Assembly: GCA_000146045.2 (NCBI GenBank)
Contig: BK006946.2
Coordinates: forward strand, 256,001 to 320,000
DNA length: 64,000 nt
Reading direction: 5' to 3'
Origin: TPA_inf: Saccharomyces
Lineage: Eukaryota
Both the position numbers and the translations under genes were made by a program. The notes under the pieces were generated by a model. It was not told the DNA's origin. It saw only the letters and a list, made by a program, of their open reading frames with translations, and did no database searches. Of the stretch, positions 35,134 to 44,868 are shown piece after piece. Position 1 is the first letter of the stretch. Each line of letters opens with the position of its first letter.

Positions 35134-38100
35134 ATGAGCGAGAAAAAAGAAGAAGTTAAAAACGCCACCGTTAAGGTGACTGTCAAACTTCCAAAAGAAG
35201 ATAACCATTCGCATAATACGAAACATCTCAAAAAGACCCAAAGTTCAAAAAATAATGATATATCTTTTGAAATCGGCAAGGAATCCAAAATTCAAACTGT
35301 TCTAGATGTGTTGGCTATGATTCCAAGTTCCAAGTACCTGACAAACGTTGGGCTGAAAACAATTGAAGGTGACTCCCAGCTATCTGATGAAATGTCTATA
35401 AAGGAAATTGTTGGTGAGAAAAGCGAGTTAAAACTTCAATTGATACTGAAGCCATATAGCGCAAGAGAGGCTTTGAAACATGTGATTACTGTTCGCGATT
35501 TCATCGGATTTGCCCAAGAAACCTCAGATGGATTATCTGAATTTGCTATTTCTACTGGTTCAAGCTTTTCCTCGTTACCGTTGGGTCCTATCAAGGAACG
35601 CTCAAAACAAGAAGAAAAAGACGAGAAGAGCGATCCAGAAGAAAAGAAAAATACTTTCAAAGATGTGACTGACGAGGAAAAACTAAAATTTAACGAGATG
35701 GTTCACGAAGTGTTTTCTAGCTTTAAGAATTCTTCAATTAACAAACTTCTCACCTCTGAATCCAACATCATCACGCCGTGCGTCAGGTCTTTGAGTTTCG
35801 CACCTTACAATCCTGTACCTCCATTTTATAGAAGTAAAGGTCATCTATTTTACCTACAAATTGTCACTTTGGAAGGTGAGAGTTTCTATATCACTGCAAT
35901 TCCATCTGGATTCTATGTCAATAAATCAAACTCAACTAAGTTCGATCCTTCTCCAAAAGAAAACACTGACGAGAACGCGCACTCATCCCTGATCTATTAC
36001 AGTCTATTTGACTTGATTGCTTCTCGCTCTAAAAAATTCATTTCTCATGTCCAAGCATTCGAGAAAAAACTATCTGCTTTAGATTCTACAAGCTATGTAA
36101 GACCAAGCAATACTTTCTTGCATAAACCATGGTTTGTTTCTTCATTGCCACCAAATAACCCAGATTATCTGAGGTTACAAACTGCCGCCTTGGATACCAC
36201 GCCAGAAAGAAACTTTAATGATGAATTTCAAGCCATTAAAGATTTGACTACGTCAACATTACAAGATCGTATTGAAATGGAAAGGTTGTTTTCTAAAGTT
36301 GTACATGAATTTTCTGTTACTGCAGCATCAGGCGCTATGTCAATTTTTTACAGTGATTTCGTTGCAATGAACCCAGAATCTCCAACTCGGGATCAAATTT
36401 TCTTAAAAGACAATATCTTTTATTCCTATGTTTCCGACGTTAGTGGCAATTATGAAGGGAAAGGTGGGGATGAAGCTGCAATCGCTGCTTCCAACCAAGA
36501 CTTGAAGACAATCAATATTTTGAATCGCTTGCATATGCACGAAGTTCGTTATCTTTTAACAACTGTAGTCGAATTTGCAGGCAGAAGAATTTTGGCTCAA
36601 ACTCCAGTACCTGGACTCTTAGCTACCATGGGTAACAAAATTGTAAAAGATGCTAATACCGGCGAAGAGGTTACCGAAGATTTTGTCAATGATATTAATG
36701 TAAAGTACGGCCTTGATGAAGGTTTGGGAAAGATTGTTTATGATGCTGACTTTGATTCTGTTTTAGAAAAAAAGTTTGTCAAGGCATTCCATTTGAAAAA
36801 GCACAAAGTCAACGGTACTGAATTAGCATTTTCATCGCAATCCAAGGGAATAGTTGGATTCGATAAGAGGCGCTATATTTTGGATTTAGCCAACACGTAT
36901 CCCTTGGACATCAACTTTGCTAGACAAAACTTTGACAACATCGAAGAGACTGGAAACCGTTACCCACACAGGCAAACTTTGTTACGTCCGGAGTTAGTAG
37001 AAAAGTGGTGGAATAATAAAGTTGAGAAGGAAGGTGTTGAATTTGAAAAGGCCTATGAAGAAAATTTGTTTAGTTATAACCCTGATGCTTACCAGGTCGA
37101 AGGTATTGAGGACGCTAATGTTGACGAAATGTCGAACTACTTACAAAAAGAAGTTATTCCCAGCGTTATTCAAGATTATTTATCTGGAAATTTGAGCACT
37201 CCTTATAATGGTGAACATTTAGCCGATACTTTACATAAGAATGGTATCAACATGCGTTACTTGGGTAAAATTATCGAGCTTTCTCAAAAGGAATTGGACT
37301 CCCAAATTGTCCACTACGAACAAAATTTGAAAGCTGTTGAACAAGACAACAAAGAATATGAGGATTGGGAAAAATCTTATCTGCAAAAAATTGAGAACAT
37401 GATTAAAGAGAGACAAGCCAAGATTAATAAGCTGGTACAAGAAGGCAAAGAGGTTCCAAAAGAACTAACTGAAGATTTGAAATTAAACGATGAAGAAATC
37501 AAAAAGCCCACCGATGGAAAACCTGTGGTCGTTGCCTATGATGAGCTAGTGCCATTAATTAAAATTTCCGAATTAGAAATTGTTTCGCGTTCTTTGAAAC
37601 ATGTTTTAAAAGATTTGAGTAAAGATGTTCCGGTCTTCTTGGTTCCATCACTGGTAGCATACGTTTTCAATATGTTAGTTGGTATCAACTACAATGCTGA
37701 TCCGAAGCCAGAACCAGTCGACGAATTTTATCCAGTCAATAAGTGCTCATTTGCTAAATTAACACGCTCCGAATTGCTGGAAGCTGTCTCTAAACAAGCC
37801 TTCTTGCGTTTCCGTCATCAATTACCATCCAATTGGATCGAAGCTTACATGGAAAATCCTTTCACCCTCATTAGAAGTGTTTCTTACAAATTTGGTATTC
37901 AATTGCTCAATAAAGAATACTTCTTTACTAGAGAACAATTGGAAAGTTATAAGCAAAGTCTTGACAAGAAAATTAGGAACAAGTTTGTCGAACCACCAAC
38001 TACCTTCAGTTTAAGCGATTTGACCATTATTCCACGTGTTAAGTTCTCAGAATATACTTCTTCAGTTAGTGAGGAATTTTGGGCTCAAGGTGCTTCTATG

Positions 38101-38967
38101 ATCAACGAAGACAAACAAAGTGCTTTGACTTTACTCGCTCAATCAATTACAGTCTTAGAAGATGTTAACAATATTTTACATCCCGCCGTTGCTGAAAAGT
38201 ACTTGTCATTATCTGCCATTTATAATAAGTTAGCATTATACCCTGAAGCTATCGCGTTCTGTCGTAAAGCATGTACTATTTATGAAAGAGTTAGCGGTAT
38301 TGATTCTTTTGAAATGATGAGGGCTTTAACTAATTTAGCAATTCTAGAATTCTCTAATGAAAGTCCTTATAACGCTACTGTGGTTTATAATAGGCTCGCA
38401 GAAATCCTAAAAGTTTATGAGTTACCAAAAATCCATCACCCAGCCCCCACAAGCATTTTCAACCATTTGGAACAATTAGCCCTAGGTGTTCAAGATACCA
38501 AATTGGCTATTGAAGTCTTGGGACAACTAAGCTCCTATGTTGTGGAATTAGAAGGCAAAGATTCATTAGCATATGGCTATACCGAGTCACGTTTAGGTAA
38601 TTTGTTTGCAGCATTGAAGGATTTCCACCGTGCATTAGAGCACATCACTGTAACCCAAGGGATTTTCACCAAGCAATTGGGTATGAATCACACGCACTCA
38701 GCCCAATCAAGACAGTGGGTTAATGGTTTAAGCTCATTAATAATGGATTTAAAACAAAAGAAGCAACTTGCACAAGATCAAATGTCGACAACGGGATCAA
38801 ATTCAGCTGGCCATAAAAAAACCAATCACCGTCAAAAGAAGGATGACGTTAAACCTGAATTGGCTAACAAAAGTGTGGATGAGTTGTTAACATTTATAGA
38901 AGGCGATTCTTCCAACTCTAAGAGCAAAAACAAAACCAACAATAAAAAGAAGCATGGTAAGAAATAG
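35134..38967 (+). CDS. CLU1: CLU1/TIF31; clustered-mitochondria (CLU) family protein, eIF3-associated, 1277 aa
   Basis: Very long ORF with a CLU central domain and C-terminal TPR-like repeats. Length and position match. Confidence 0.88.
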   Translation: MSEKKEEVKNATVKVTVKLPKEDNHSHNTKHLKKTQSSKNNDISFEIGKESKIQTVLDVLAMIPSSKYLTNVGLKTIEGDSQLSDEMSIKEIVGEKSELKLQLILKPYSAREALKHVITVRDFIGFAQETSDGLSEFAISTGSSFSSLPLGPIKERSKQEEKDEKSDPEEKKNTFKDVTDEEKLKFNEMVHEVFSSFKNSSINKLLTSESNIITPCVRSLSFAPYNPVPPFYRSKGHLFYLQIVTLEGESFYITAIPSGFYVNKSNSTKFDPSPKENTDENAHSSLIYYSLFDLIASRSKKFISHVQAFEKKLSALDSTSYVRPSNTFLHKPWFVSSLPPNNPDYLRLQTAALDTTPERNFNDEFQAIKDLTTSTLQDRIEMERLFSKVVHEFSVTAASGAMSIFYSDFVAMNPESPTRDQIFLKDNIFYSYVSDVSGNYEGKGGDEAAIAASNQDLKTINILNRLHMHEVRYLLTTVVEFAGRRILAQTPVPGLLATMGNKIVKDANTGEEVTEDFVNDINVKYGLDEGLGKIVYDADFDSVLEKKFVKAFHLKKHKVNGTELAFSSQSKGIVGFDKRRYILDLANTYPLDINFARQNFDNIEETGNRYPHRQTLLRPELVEKWWNNKVEKEGVEFEKAYEENLFSYNPDAYQVEGIEDANVDEMSNYLQKEVIPSVIQDYLSGNLSTPYNGEHLADTLHKNGINMRYLGKIIELSQKELDSQIVHYEQNLKAVEQDNKEYEDWEKSYLQKIENMIKERQAKINKLVQEGKEVPKELTEDLKLNDEEIKKPTDGKPVVVAYDELVPLIKISELEIVSRSLKHVLKDLSKDVPVFLVPSLVAYVFNMLVGINYNADPKPEPVDEFYPVNKCSFAKLTRSELLEAVSKQAFLRFRHQLPSNWIEAYMENPFTLIRSVSYKFGIQLLNKEYFFTREQLESYKQSLDKKIRNKFVEPPTTFSLSDLTIIPRVKFSEYTSSVSEEFWAQGASMINEDKQSALTLLAQSITVLEDVNNILHPAVAEKYLSLSAIYNKLALYPEAIAFCRKACTIYERVSGIDSFEMMRALTNLAILEFSNESPYNATVVYNRLAEILKVYELPKIHHPAPTSIFNHLEQLALGVQDTKLAIEVLGQLSSYVVELEGKDSLAYGYTESRLGNLFAALKDFHRALEHITVTQGIFTKQLGMNHTHSAQSRQWVNGLSSLIMDLKQKKQLAQDQMSTTGSNSAGHKKTNHRQKKDDVKPELANKSVDELLTFIEGDSSNSKSKNKTNNKKKHGKK

Positions 38968-39178
38968 AGAGCTAACTTAACAATCTCGTTTATTTATTAT
39001 TTTTCTTTATATCTATAGCCCATACTTGTATATACTACGTGTAAGTACTAGATATAAAACGAAAAAAAAATACTTACAATTATTTTTTTTTCTTTACTGC
39101 TCTATTCTTTTCTTTATTCTATTCATAAATGCAAACAATTAGTTATGTAATTTTAAAAGTTGAAAATAATTGACTTTG

Positions 39179-40738
39179 TCAAAGAGTAATTAATTTTTCA
39201 CAAATCATCATAAATGCAGGTATCAAAATATTGTCATTAAGCACACTATTACCTTCTAGCACTCCACTCAGTGTACAAAGGGTAAGCAATTGTAAAGTAG
39301 TTAGGTGGTTAAAAATTGCAGCTTTATCAAAACGTAACAATACCAAACAAACGATAAAACTCGTTACTATAAACGCAAGAGTTCCCTCTAAAGTTTTTTG
39401 TGTACCTTTCCAACGAATGCGGCCATACCTTTTACCAATAATAGATGCTAAGGAATCACCAATTCCCAATCCTATTAGACCCATTGGAGAGTTATTCATT
39501 AATAAAGGTGTTGATATTCCGAAGAGTAAATAAAGGTATGATATGATCAATGGCCCGCTGTGGTCCCTATCATCAGCAAACCTTCTTAGTTGTAATTCAA
39601 TAGCAGATCCTAACGGCGGTAGGTTTTGAAATCTTATGTACTCAATTGATAAGAAGACTGGTATTGTTCCGGACAATGCAATTTTCACAAAGTTTGAATC
39701 CATTTGGAATGACGGTATTATGAGTAAGAAAATGATGAAATGCCACAATTTTCGGGAGGTGTTCAACGATAGACTGTCCTTCTCGATCAATATACTTGGT
39801 ATGGACAGTATAAGAATTGAAGACCAAGCAAACAAAATCTTTTGACGAATAGTAGACTCTAAGATATATTTTACCAGCCAAAGTAGCGGATTTTCACCGT
39901 CTTCTAAATGAATGAAGGTATTGGCAAAAAGTGGAAGCCCGATGGCAAAGGATATTGACAGCATAAACGGTTTAAAGTGCATTACCTTTTTGAGCACATA
40001 GTTAATTGAAATTATTGTTGTGAGAGCAAGGATAATGCCCTTCAAAATTCTAAAATGTACTGTGCCAGCCTCTGAAACGTACAGAATATTGGTTAATAGG
40101 ATACTAAAAAGATTAGAGTCGATATTATCTAAACTTTTCAATTGCCCAATATACTTCAAAATTAACGACAGTAAAGAATTTATTACTATGCTAATAATAT
40201 TCTTTAACCTGTCACCAGCCTCAAAATTAAAAAATATGAGGCAGAGCTGTAAAATGATCACTACCAACTGAGTTCGCCATCTATATGAATTTAATACCGA
40301 AAGGATCAAAATAGTATTTATCACCGTAGATGATGTATCGAACAACAACGAAACCATAAACGGTAAATATAAACTGTAAATGGTATCGAACTTGGGTAGG
40401 CTTTTGTAACCATGTTGCCAATATTTTGTGAATATCAGACCAACCATTATCAAACACACCACAAAGACATTTACAAAGATTTGTTTATAAGATATATCAG
40501 CGGTAACAATGGACCACGGCTGAAGCCTTTCAACACAGTAAAAAAAAGTGCCCAACAATATAACAGTTTGAACAAAATTCGAATAAAAGCACTCAAAATC
40601 TCGAGAATTCCCGCCCACATCAAATTTACGAGTCCTCATATTGATTTTGCAGATCTCCTCAGTTGGCATTTGGCTTCCCTCAGTTTTCTGGGTTAGTTTA
40701 ATTGTGGTAAAGGAAGCATGAGGTATTATAGCGACCAT
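39179..40738 (-). CDS. SEC59: SEC59; dolichol kinase, polytopic ER membrane protein, 519 aa
   Basis: Many transmembrane helices, with a C-terminal CTP-binding-like region (GIGDSLASIIGKRYGRIRW). Confidence 0.88.
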   Translation of the reverse strand: MVAIIPHASFTTIKLTQKTEGSQMPTEEICKINMRTRKFDVGGNSRDFECFYSNFVQTVILLGTFFYCVERLQPWSIVTADISYKQIFVNVFVVCLIMVGLIFTKYWQHGYKSLPKFDTIYSLYLPFMVSLLFDTSSTVINTILILSVLNSYRWRTQLVVIILQLCLIFFNFEAGDRLKNIISIVINSLLSLILKYIGQLKSLDNIDSNLFSILLTNILYVSEAGTVHFRILKGIILALTTIISINYVLKKVMHFKPFMLSISFAIGLPLFANTFIHLEDGENPLLWLVKYILESTIRQKILFAWSSILILSIPSILIEKDSLSLNTSRKLWHFIIFLLIIPSFQMDSNFVKIALSGTIPVFLSIEYIRFQNLPPLGSAIELQLRRFADDRDHSGPLIISYLYLLFGISTPLLMNNSPMGLIGLGIGDSLASIIGKRYGRIRWKGTQKTLEGTLAFIVTSFIVCLVLLRFDKAAIFNHLTTLQLLTLCTLSGVLEGNSVLNDNILIPAFMMICEKLITL

Positions 40739-41030
40739 ATAGGCAATGAACAGAATAACGACAGTTTATTGCCTCGAAAGGAGTCTGATTTACTAGCTAA
40801 ATTCTAATATTTGGCTTACTACAAACTCTATCTTTCATAGAATACGTCCTTCGATACCATTTTCACCATCTTGACTAACAACGTGTACAACTCTTTTGAA
40901 AATTACGTGCCTGAAAACCCAACCATTGCGGACAGCCCTCAATAACGTATCTTAGCATTACCCGCACACCCATACATCTAGAACTTTTTTCATTTCTGAA
41001 AATTTTTTTTTCTTCTAGGATTACTTCGGG

Positions 41031-41038
41031 TATAAATA
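41031..41038 (+). promoter_or_regulatory. TATA box (TATAAATA), likely promoter of the snR78-72 polycistronic precursor
   Basis: ggTATAAATAagagacg lies about 240 bp upstream of the first snoRNA of the cluster. Confidence 0.5.
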
Positions 41039-41276
41039 AGAGACGCAGAAATGGTTATTGGCAATTAATGCTTCCTCTCTTTAATAAGTTACAATATTAG
41101 AATCCTATGATTTCCATCACAAAGATCAATACAAAAGAAATATTCAGATGAGTGGGAGCTATGAAAGGCTGAGAGAGAAATTGAATCCATAAAACGTTTT
41201 TTTCCGTGTTCTTTTTTTCTTCTTTATCAAAGTTAGTTTTTCAGATATGTCTTTTGTCATTATCACAGGCTAATTA

Positions 41277-41361
41277 TTCCCTTGATGACCAAAATAAATT
41301 TTTACAAACTAGAGTTTCTGAATCTTTTGTGATTAGAACGTTTATTCTTATTTCTGAGGTT
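41277..41361 (+). ncRNA. SNR78: box C/D snoRNA, first of cluster (snR78)
   Basis: C box TGATGA at 41283-41288 and D box CTGA at 41354-41357. Internal D'-like (tttCTGAatc) and C'-like (tGTGATtag) boxes are present. It is flanked by the inverted repeat gctaatta ... taattagc (terminal stem). Length about 85 nt. Confidence 0.6.
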
Positions 41362-41502
41362 TTTAATTAGCAATAAAGAAGAAAAAACTGAAAGGAAAAG
41401 TCTAAATAGAAATACAGTAGTATTTCTTCAATTTCTCTGCTCTCCTTTCATTTACCACACCCATTTCAATTTTCTTTTTATTCCATATTTATTCAAAGGT
41501 GT

Positions 41503-41594
41503 TTGTTCATATGATGATTATAACAAAAACAAAAGCTGGAATTACTGGCTGAACGAGTATATGTTGATACGTTTTTGCACTATCCTGACCTAGC
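41503..41594 (+). ncRNA. SNR77: box C/D snoRNA snR77 (guide for 18S rRNA Um578)
   Basis: C box ATGATGA at 41511-41517 and D box CTGA at 41586-41589. Flanking inverted repeat ggtgtttg ... caaacacc. The 11-nt guide GCTGGAATTAC (41535-41545) upstream of the D' box CTGA (41549-41552) is complementary to the conserved 18S segment GUAAUUCCAGC. The fifth nucleotide upstream of D' pairs with the U of GGUAAUU. Confidence 0.8.
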
Positions 41595-41721
41595 AAACAC
41601 CTTTAAAATAAATACTAGAAAGTTGACACATTTCCATAAATTGGAAGAATACATTTAAGCTTAGAAAACAGTAGTTTTTTAGTGCTATTCTTCCGTAGAT
41701 TGATGTTTTCGATCTATTTGA

Positions 41722-41834
41722 TACAATGGAAATGAGGATCCACAGCACTGGGCACTGAGGGGGAAACAAATATCCTTTCAAATGAGTGACAATGCTTTAG
41801 CGGGCCTAGAAAACCCGCGCAACTGATCCATTGT
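41722..41834 (+). ncRNA. SNR76: box C/D snoRNA, third of cluster (snR76); non-canonical C box
   Basis: A 7-bp terminal stem (caatgga at 41724-41730 pairing with tccattg after the D box). C-like box AATGAGGA at 41731-41738, D' CTGA at 41755-41758, C' ATGAGTGA at about 41782-41789, and D box CTGA at 41824-41827. Length about 110 nt. Confidence 0.5.
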
Positions 41835-41914
41835 AAGTTTTTCTGAGGGCTAACAGAATTTTCTATAGGGAAGAATGGATTTTTTTCTCATTTTCGTATA
41901 ATTATGTGAATTGG

Positions 41915-42003
41915 TTTTTATGATGAGATATTTATAGATGACGAGTCTGATCATTCGTGAAGACACAACTATTAAAATTACCATTCATGCCTTTCTGAAG
42001 CTG
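41915..42003 (+). ncRNA. SNR75: box C/D snoRNA, fourth of cluster (snR75)
   Basis: C box ATGATGA at 41921-41927, D' CTGA at 41948-41951, C'-like GTGAAGA, and D box CTGA at 41996-41999. Length about 88 nt. Confidence 0.65.
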
Positions 42004-42067
42004 TTTACATTATTCTTTTCGATTAGCAAAGAATTTGGAAATAGAAAAAAATCGACAGATAACTAGT

Positions 42068-42188
42068 TCATCAGTTGATGTGTCTGTATTGCTTCCATGT
42101 TTTTTAAAGAAAATTTCTACCTTAGAGACGTCAATGCTGCAGAAGATGAAACAAATTACTCAAATAGACAAGCATATGTCTGATCTTC
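42068..42188 (+). ncRNA. SNR74: box C/D snoRNA snR74 (guide for 18S rRNA Am28)
   Basis: D box CTGA at 42180-42183, immediately preceded by the guide AGACAAGCATATG, which is complementary to the 18S 5' region CAUAUGCUUGUCU. The fifth nucleotide upstream of the D box pairs with A28. A C-like box TTGATGTG lies at 42075-42082. The exact 5' end is uncertain. Confidence 0.75.
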
Positions 42189-42305
42189 ATGATTGAAAAG
42201 AGCAATTAGTGTCTGATGCAATTTAAACTAGAAAATTTATCTGAGAGAGATGAGAGATCGTACAAACTGTTTCAAGGTTTTTAACTTTTCTCCAATTTCA
42301 AAAAT

Positions 42306-42411
42306 TGTTTATGATGATTTCCACATTTCACGACGGTCAACTGCGTTTTTCGAATGTTTATCGATTAACTTTGATGATATTTCGCCTGTGACAGGGCGTG
42401 GTACTGAGCTT
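42306..42411 (+). ncRNA. SNR73: box C/D snoRNA, sixth of cluster (snR73)
   Basis: C box ATGATGA at 42311-42317, C' TTGATGA at about 42371-42377, and D box CTGA at 42404-42407. Length about 106 nt. Confidence 0.7.
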
Positions 42412-42548
42412 TAATATTTTTAGCAAATTTAGAAATTGGGTCAAGCGAACCATTGTAATGCTGACTATTTGGACGACTCTAATCTCTTCAATATATTTGA
42501 GTTCAAATATATTAACTTGAGTAAATTTTCTCTTGCGTTAATTATAAC

Positions 42549-42647
42549 TAATTGTGATGTGATGACAACTTCTTGAGCTATATATTTTCTTGAGAACATC
42601 AATGAAGAAAACGTCTCATCAAATGATTTGCACGTCAGTCTGATCAC
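42549..42647 (+). ncRNA. SNR72: box C/D snoRNA, seventh of cluster (snR72)
   Basis: C box GTGATGTGATGA at 42554-42565 and D box CTGA at 42640-42643. Length about 98 nt. Confidence 0.7.
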
Positions 42648-42867
42648 AAGCCATATAAAATTCTTTAAGTATTTTATCCATTCTACCTTTTTCATCTGTT
42701 AGTGATCGATTAAAGCAACACCCAGACATTACATGGCCCATATGGCAAAAATTTTCATCTCATCTACCTCATCACTGTGTGCATTTAGTGTATGAATGAC
42801 TACTTTAAGCAATTTAACCAGTATATACGTATAAAGAGGTCAAGTGTACGGATAACCCAAAGGAAAC

Positions 42868-44427
42868 ATGCCTTCCGAATCATCCGTCTCTATCTACAAG
42901 CTTGATCAGTTGGAGTATCAGTACCATTATTTGACAAAATCATTACAGAAGTTTGAACCAAGATATCCAAAAACTGCCAAATTATACAATTGTATAGGTA
43001 AAAAGAACAAAAAGAAAATTGAAAAACTGTTAAACTCTTTAGAGTTGAAAACTTTGGACAAAGAACTAGATGAAAGTTACTCAAAGTTACTCAATAATAA
43101 GATTCACTATTACGAGACGCATTTATCAAAATGTATAAAAGAACAAATTCAGAAAATATCCAAAAAAAATTCTAGTAAAGTGAAGGATGCTCAAAAAAAT
43201 AAATCACCCTCTATAGATATTGAAAAGATGCTTGCTACGCAGTTGTCATTAGATGATTTAGCACTCTTCATGACAAGATTTAGGCTGATCAAAATCTTAC
43301 ACCAGAGGATCAAACAAAAAAGCAAAAAGATTGAAGGTGATACGAATAATAAAACTTGGTTGAATAACAATGATTATAGTGGTTATATCAATGATAAGAC
43401 AAGTAAGTGGAACCCAAGCAATATATGGAATGAAGTTATTACGAAGCTGCCAAGTTGTGAAAAGTTAAACGCACTAATTGGTCAAAGTAAAATCGTTCAA
43501 AATCTAACCGAATCATTCGATTTGAGTATTTGTCTCATATTTGGATTTGATGTAAGCGCTATGAAAGCAAAGAAGTATGGAGCAAGGGAGAAGACGGCCA
43601 ATGCTAATCAGACGCACTCCAACATTGACTATGACACCGATGACGGCAATGAAAAGAATGCCATCGATAGCAAATCTAATGCGATCGGCGCACAAACTCA
43701 AAGCAATAAAGAAACAACGTCCGACAATGAGGATCTATTGATAAAGGAATACGAGGGAATGCTAGGCAGTTCAGGAGATGAAGGGGAAGGCGGCGGATAC
43801 TTGAACCCTAATATCAATTACAATGAAGTAACAGATGAAGAACCTAGCGAAGCGTCATCCGATGAGGATGACAGTGACGAACGCTTCAGCGACTCTGAAG
43901 AGAATGAACCAAGGAGAAAAAAACCAAAATTGCATAATTTACCTGAACTAATGGCTGGTTATTACAGTGGAAATGACACTGAAGAGGAAAGCGATGAAGA
44001 CAACAAAAATGTTAAGGGAAAGAAGAAAAAGAGAGACACAGCAGAAGACCGTACGGCCAGAGAGCAGATGTCAAACGAGCCAAAGAGGAAAAACAGACGT
44101 GGGCAAAGGGCAAGAAGAAAGATTTGGGAAAAAAAATACGGCTCACAAGCCAAGCACGTTCAAAGGGAATTGGAAAAGGAAATGGAAGATAGAAAGCAGA
44201 GGCAAATCGAGTACGAAGCAAGAGTAGCTAAGCGTGAAGCTAAAGCAGCATCATTAGAGGCCTCTAGGAGTAGGGAACGCGAAGACAGACGTACTGAAAC
44301 GAACAATAAGAAAGAAAAAGAAAGTGCATCCACTGGAGAAGAACATCCTTCTTGGATTGCAAAAAGATTAGCTGAAGAAAAATTACAAAAAGCTAAATTT
44401 GAAGGTAAGAAGATCAAATTTGATTGA
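42868..44427 (+). CDS. BUD22: BUD22; nucleolar protein required for 18S rRNA/40S biogenesis, 519 aa
   Basis: Highly charged, Lys/Glu/Ser-rich protein with acidic Ser stretches (SDEDDSDERFSDSEENE) and a basic coiled-coil C-terminus. Confidence 0.82.
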   Translation: MPSESSVSIYKLDQLEYQYHYLTKSLQKFEPRYPKTAKLYNCIGKKNKKKIEKLLNSLELKTLDKELDESYSKLLNNKIHYYETHLSKCIKEQIQKISKKNSSKVKDAQKNKSPSIDIEKMLATQLSLDDLALFMTRFRLIKILHQRIKQKSKKIEGDTNNKTWLNNNDYSGYINDKTSKWNPSNIWNEVITKLPSCEKLNALIGQSKIVQNLTESFDLSICLIFGFDVSAMKAKKYGAREKTANANQTHSNIDYDTDDGNEKNAIDSKSNAIGAQTQSNKETTSDNEDLLIKEYEGMLGSSGDEGEGGGYLNPNINYNEVTDEEPSEASSDEDDSDERFSDSEENEPRRKKPKLHNLPELMAGYYSGNDTEEESDEDNKNVKGKKKKRDTAEDRTAREQMSNEPKRKNRRGQRARRKIWEKKYGSQAKHVQRELEKEMEDRKQRQIEYEARVAKREAKAASLEASRSREREDRRTETNNKKEKESASTGEEHPSWIAKRLAEEKLQKAKFEGKKIKFD

Positions 44428-44868
44428 ACATAACGTCTTCATCTCCTAACTTCATGTATAATAAAAACTATTAGCACATCTATTTTATATATGTACGCGT
44501 ATATCTTACATCGTACCGTTATAGCATTTGAATTATTGAGCTTTTGTATCATCTACCGCTGTCATGCTCGCCTTCACGGAACTTAGTTATGCGAAAAAGA
44601 ATTCAGGAAACCAAAGCTGGCAGGGTGAGTATTTGTTTGTAAAGTCGCACCTTTAGCAGATCATTAGCTGTAGCGTATGGAAGAAAACTAAATGAAATTG
44701 TTTATAAAACCTGAATATGATAAAAGAAATCTAAATAATAAATATGATTGCTATATAATAGTTATATTTGAAATGAAGAGAAAGGGAAGAAAATAAAAGT
44801 ATTCAAAACGCCAACCCTTAATGAAGTAAATATGATTTATTGTCTGGACAAAGTTCTGTTTTTCCCCA

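Noticed and set aside
41590-42695. Minus-strand ORFs in the track (41590..41781, 42465..42695) lying between SEC59 and BUD22.
   Set aside because: They directly overlap the box C/D snoRNA units on the opposite strand and are short and low-complexity. They are best explained as non-coding.
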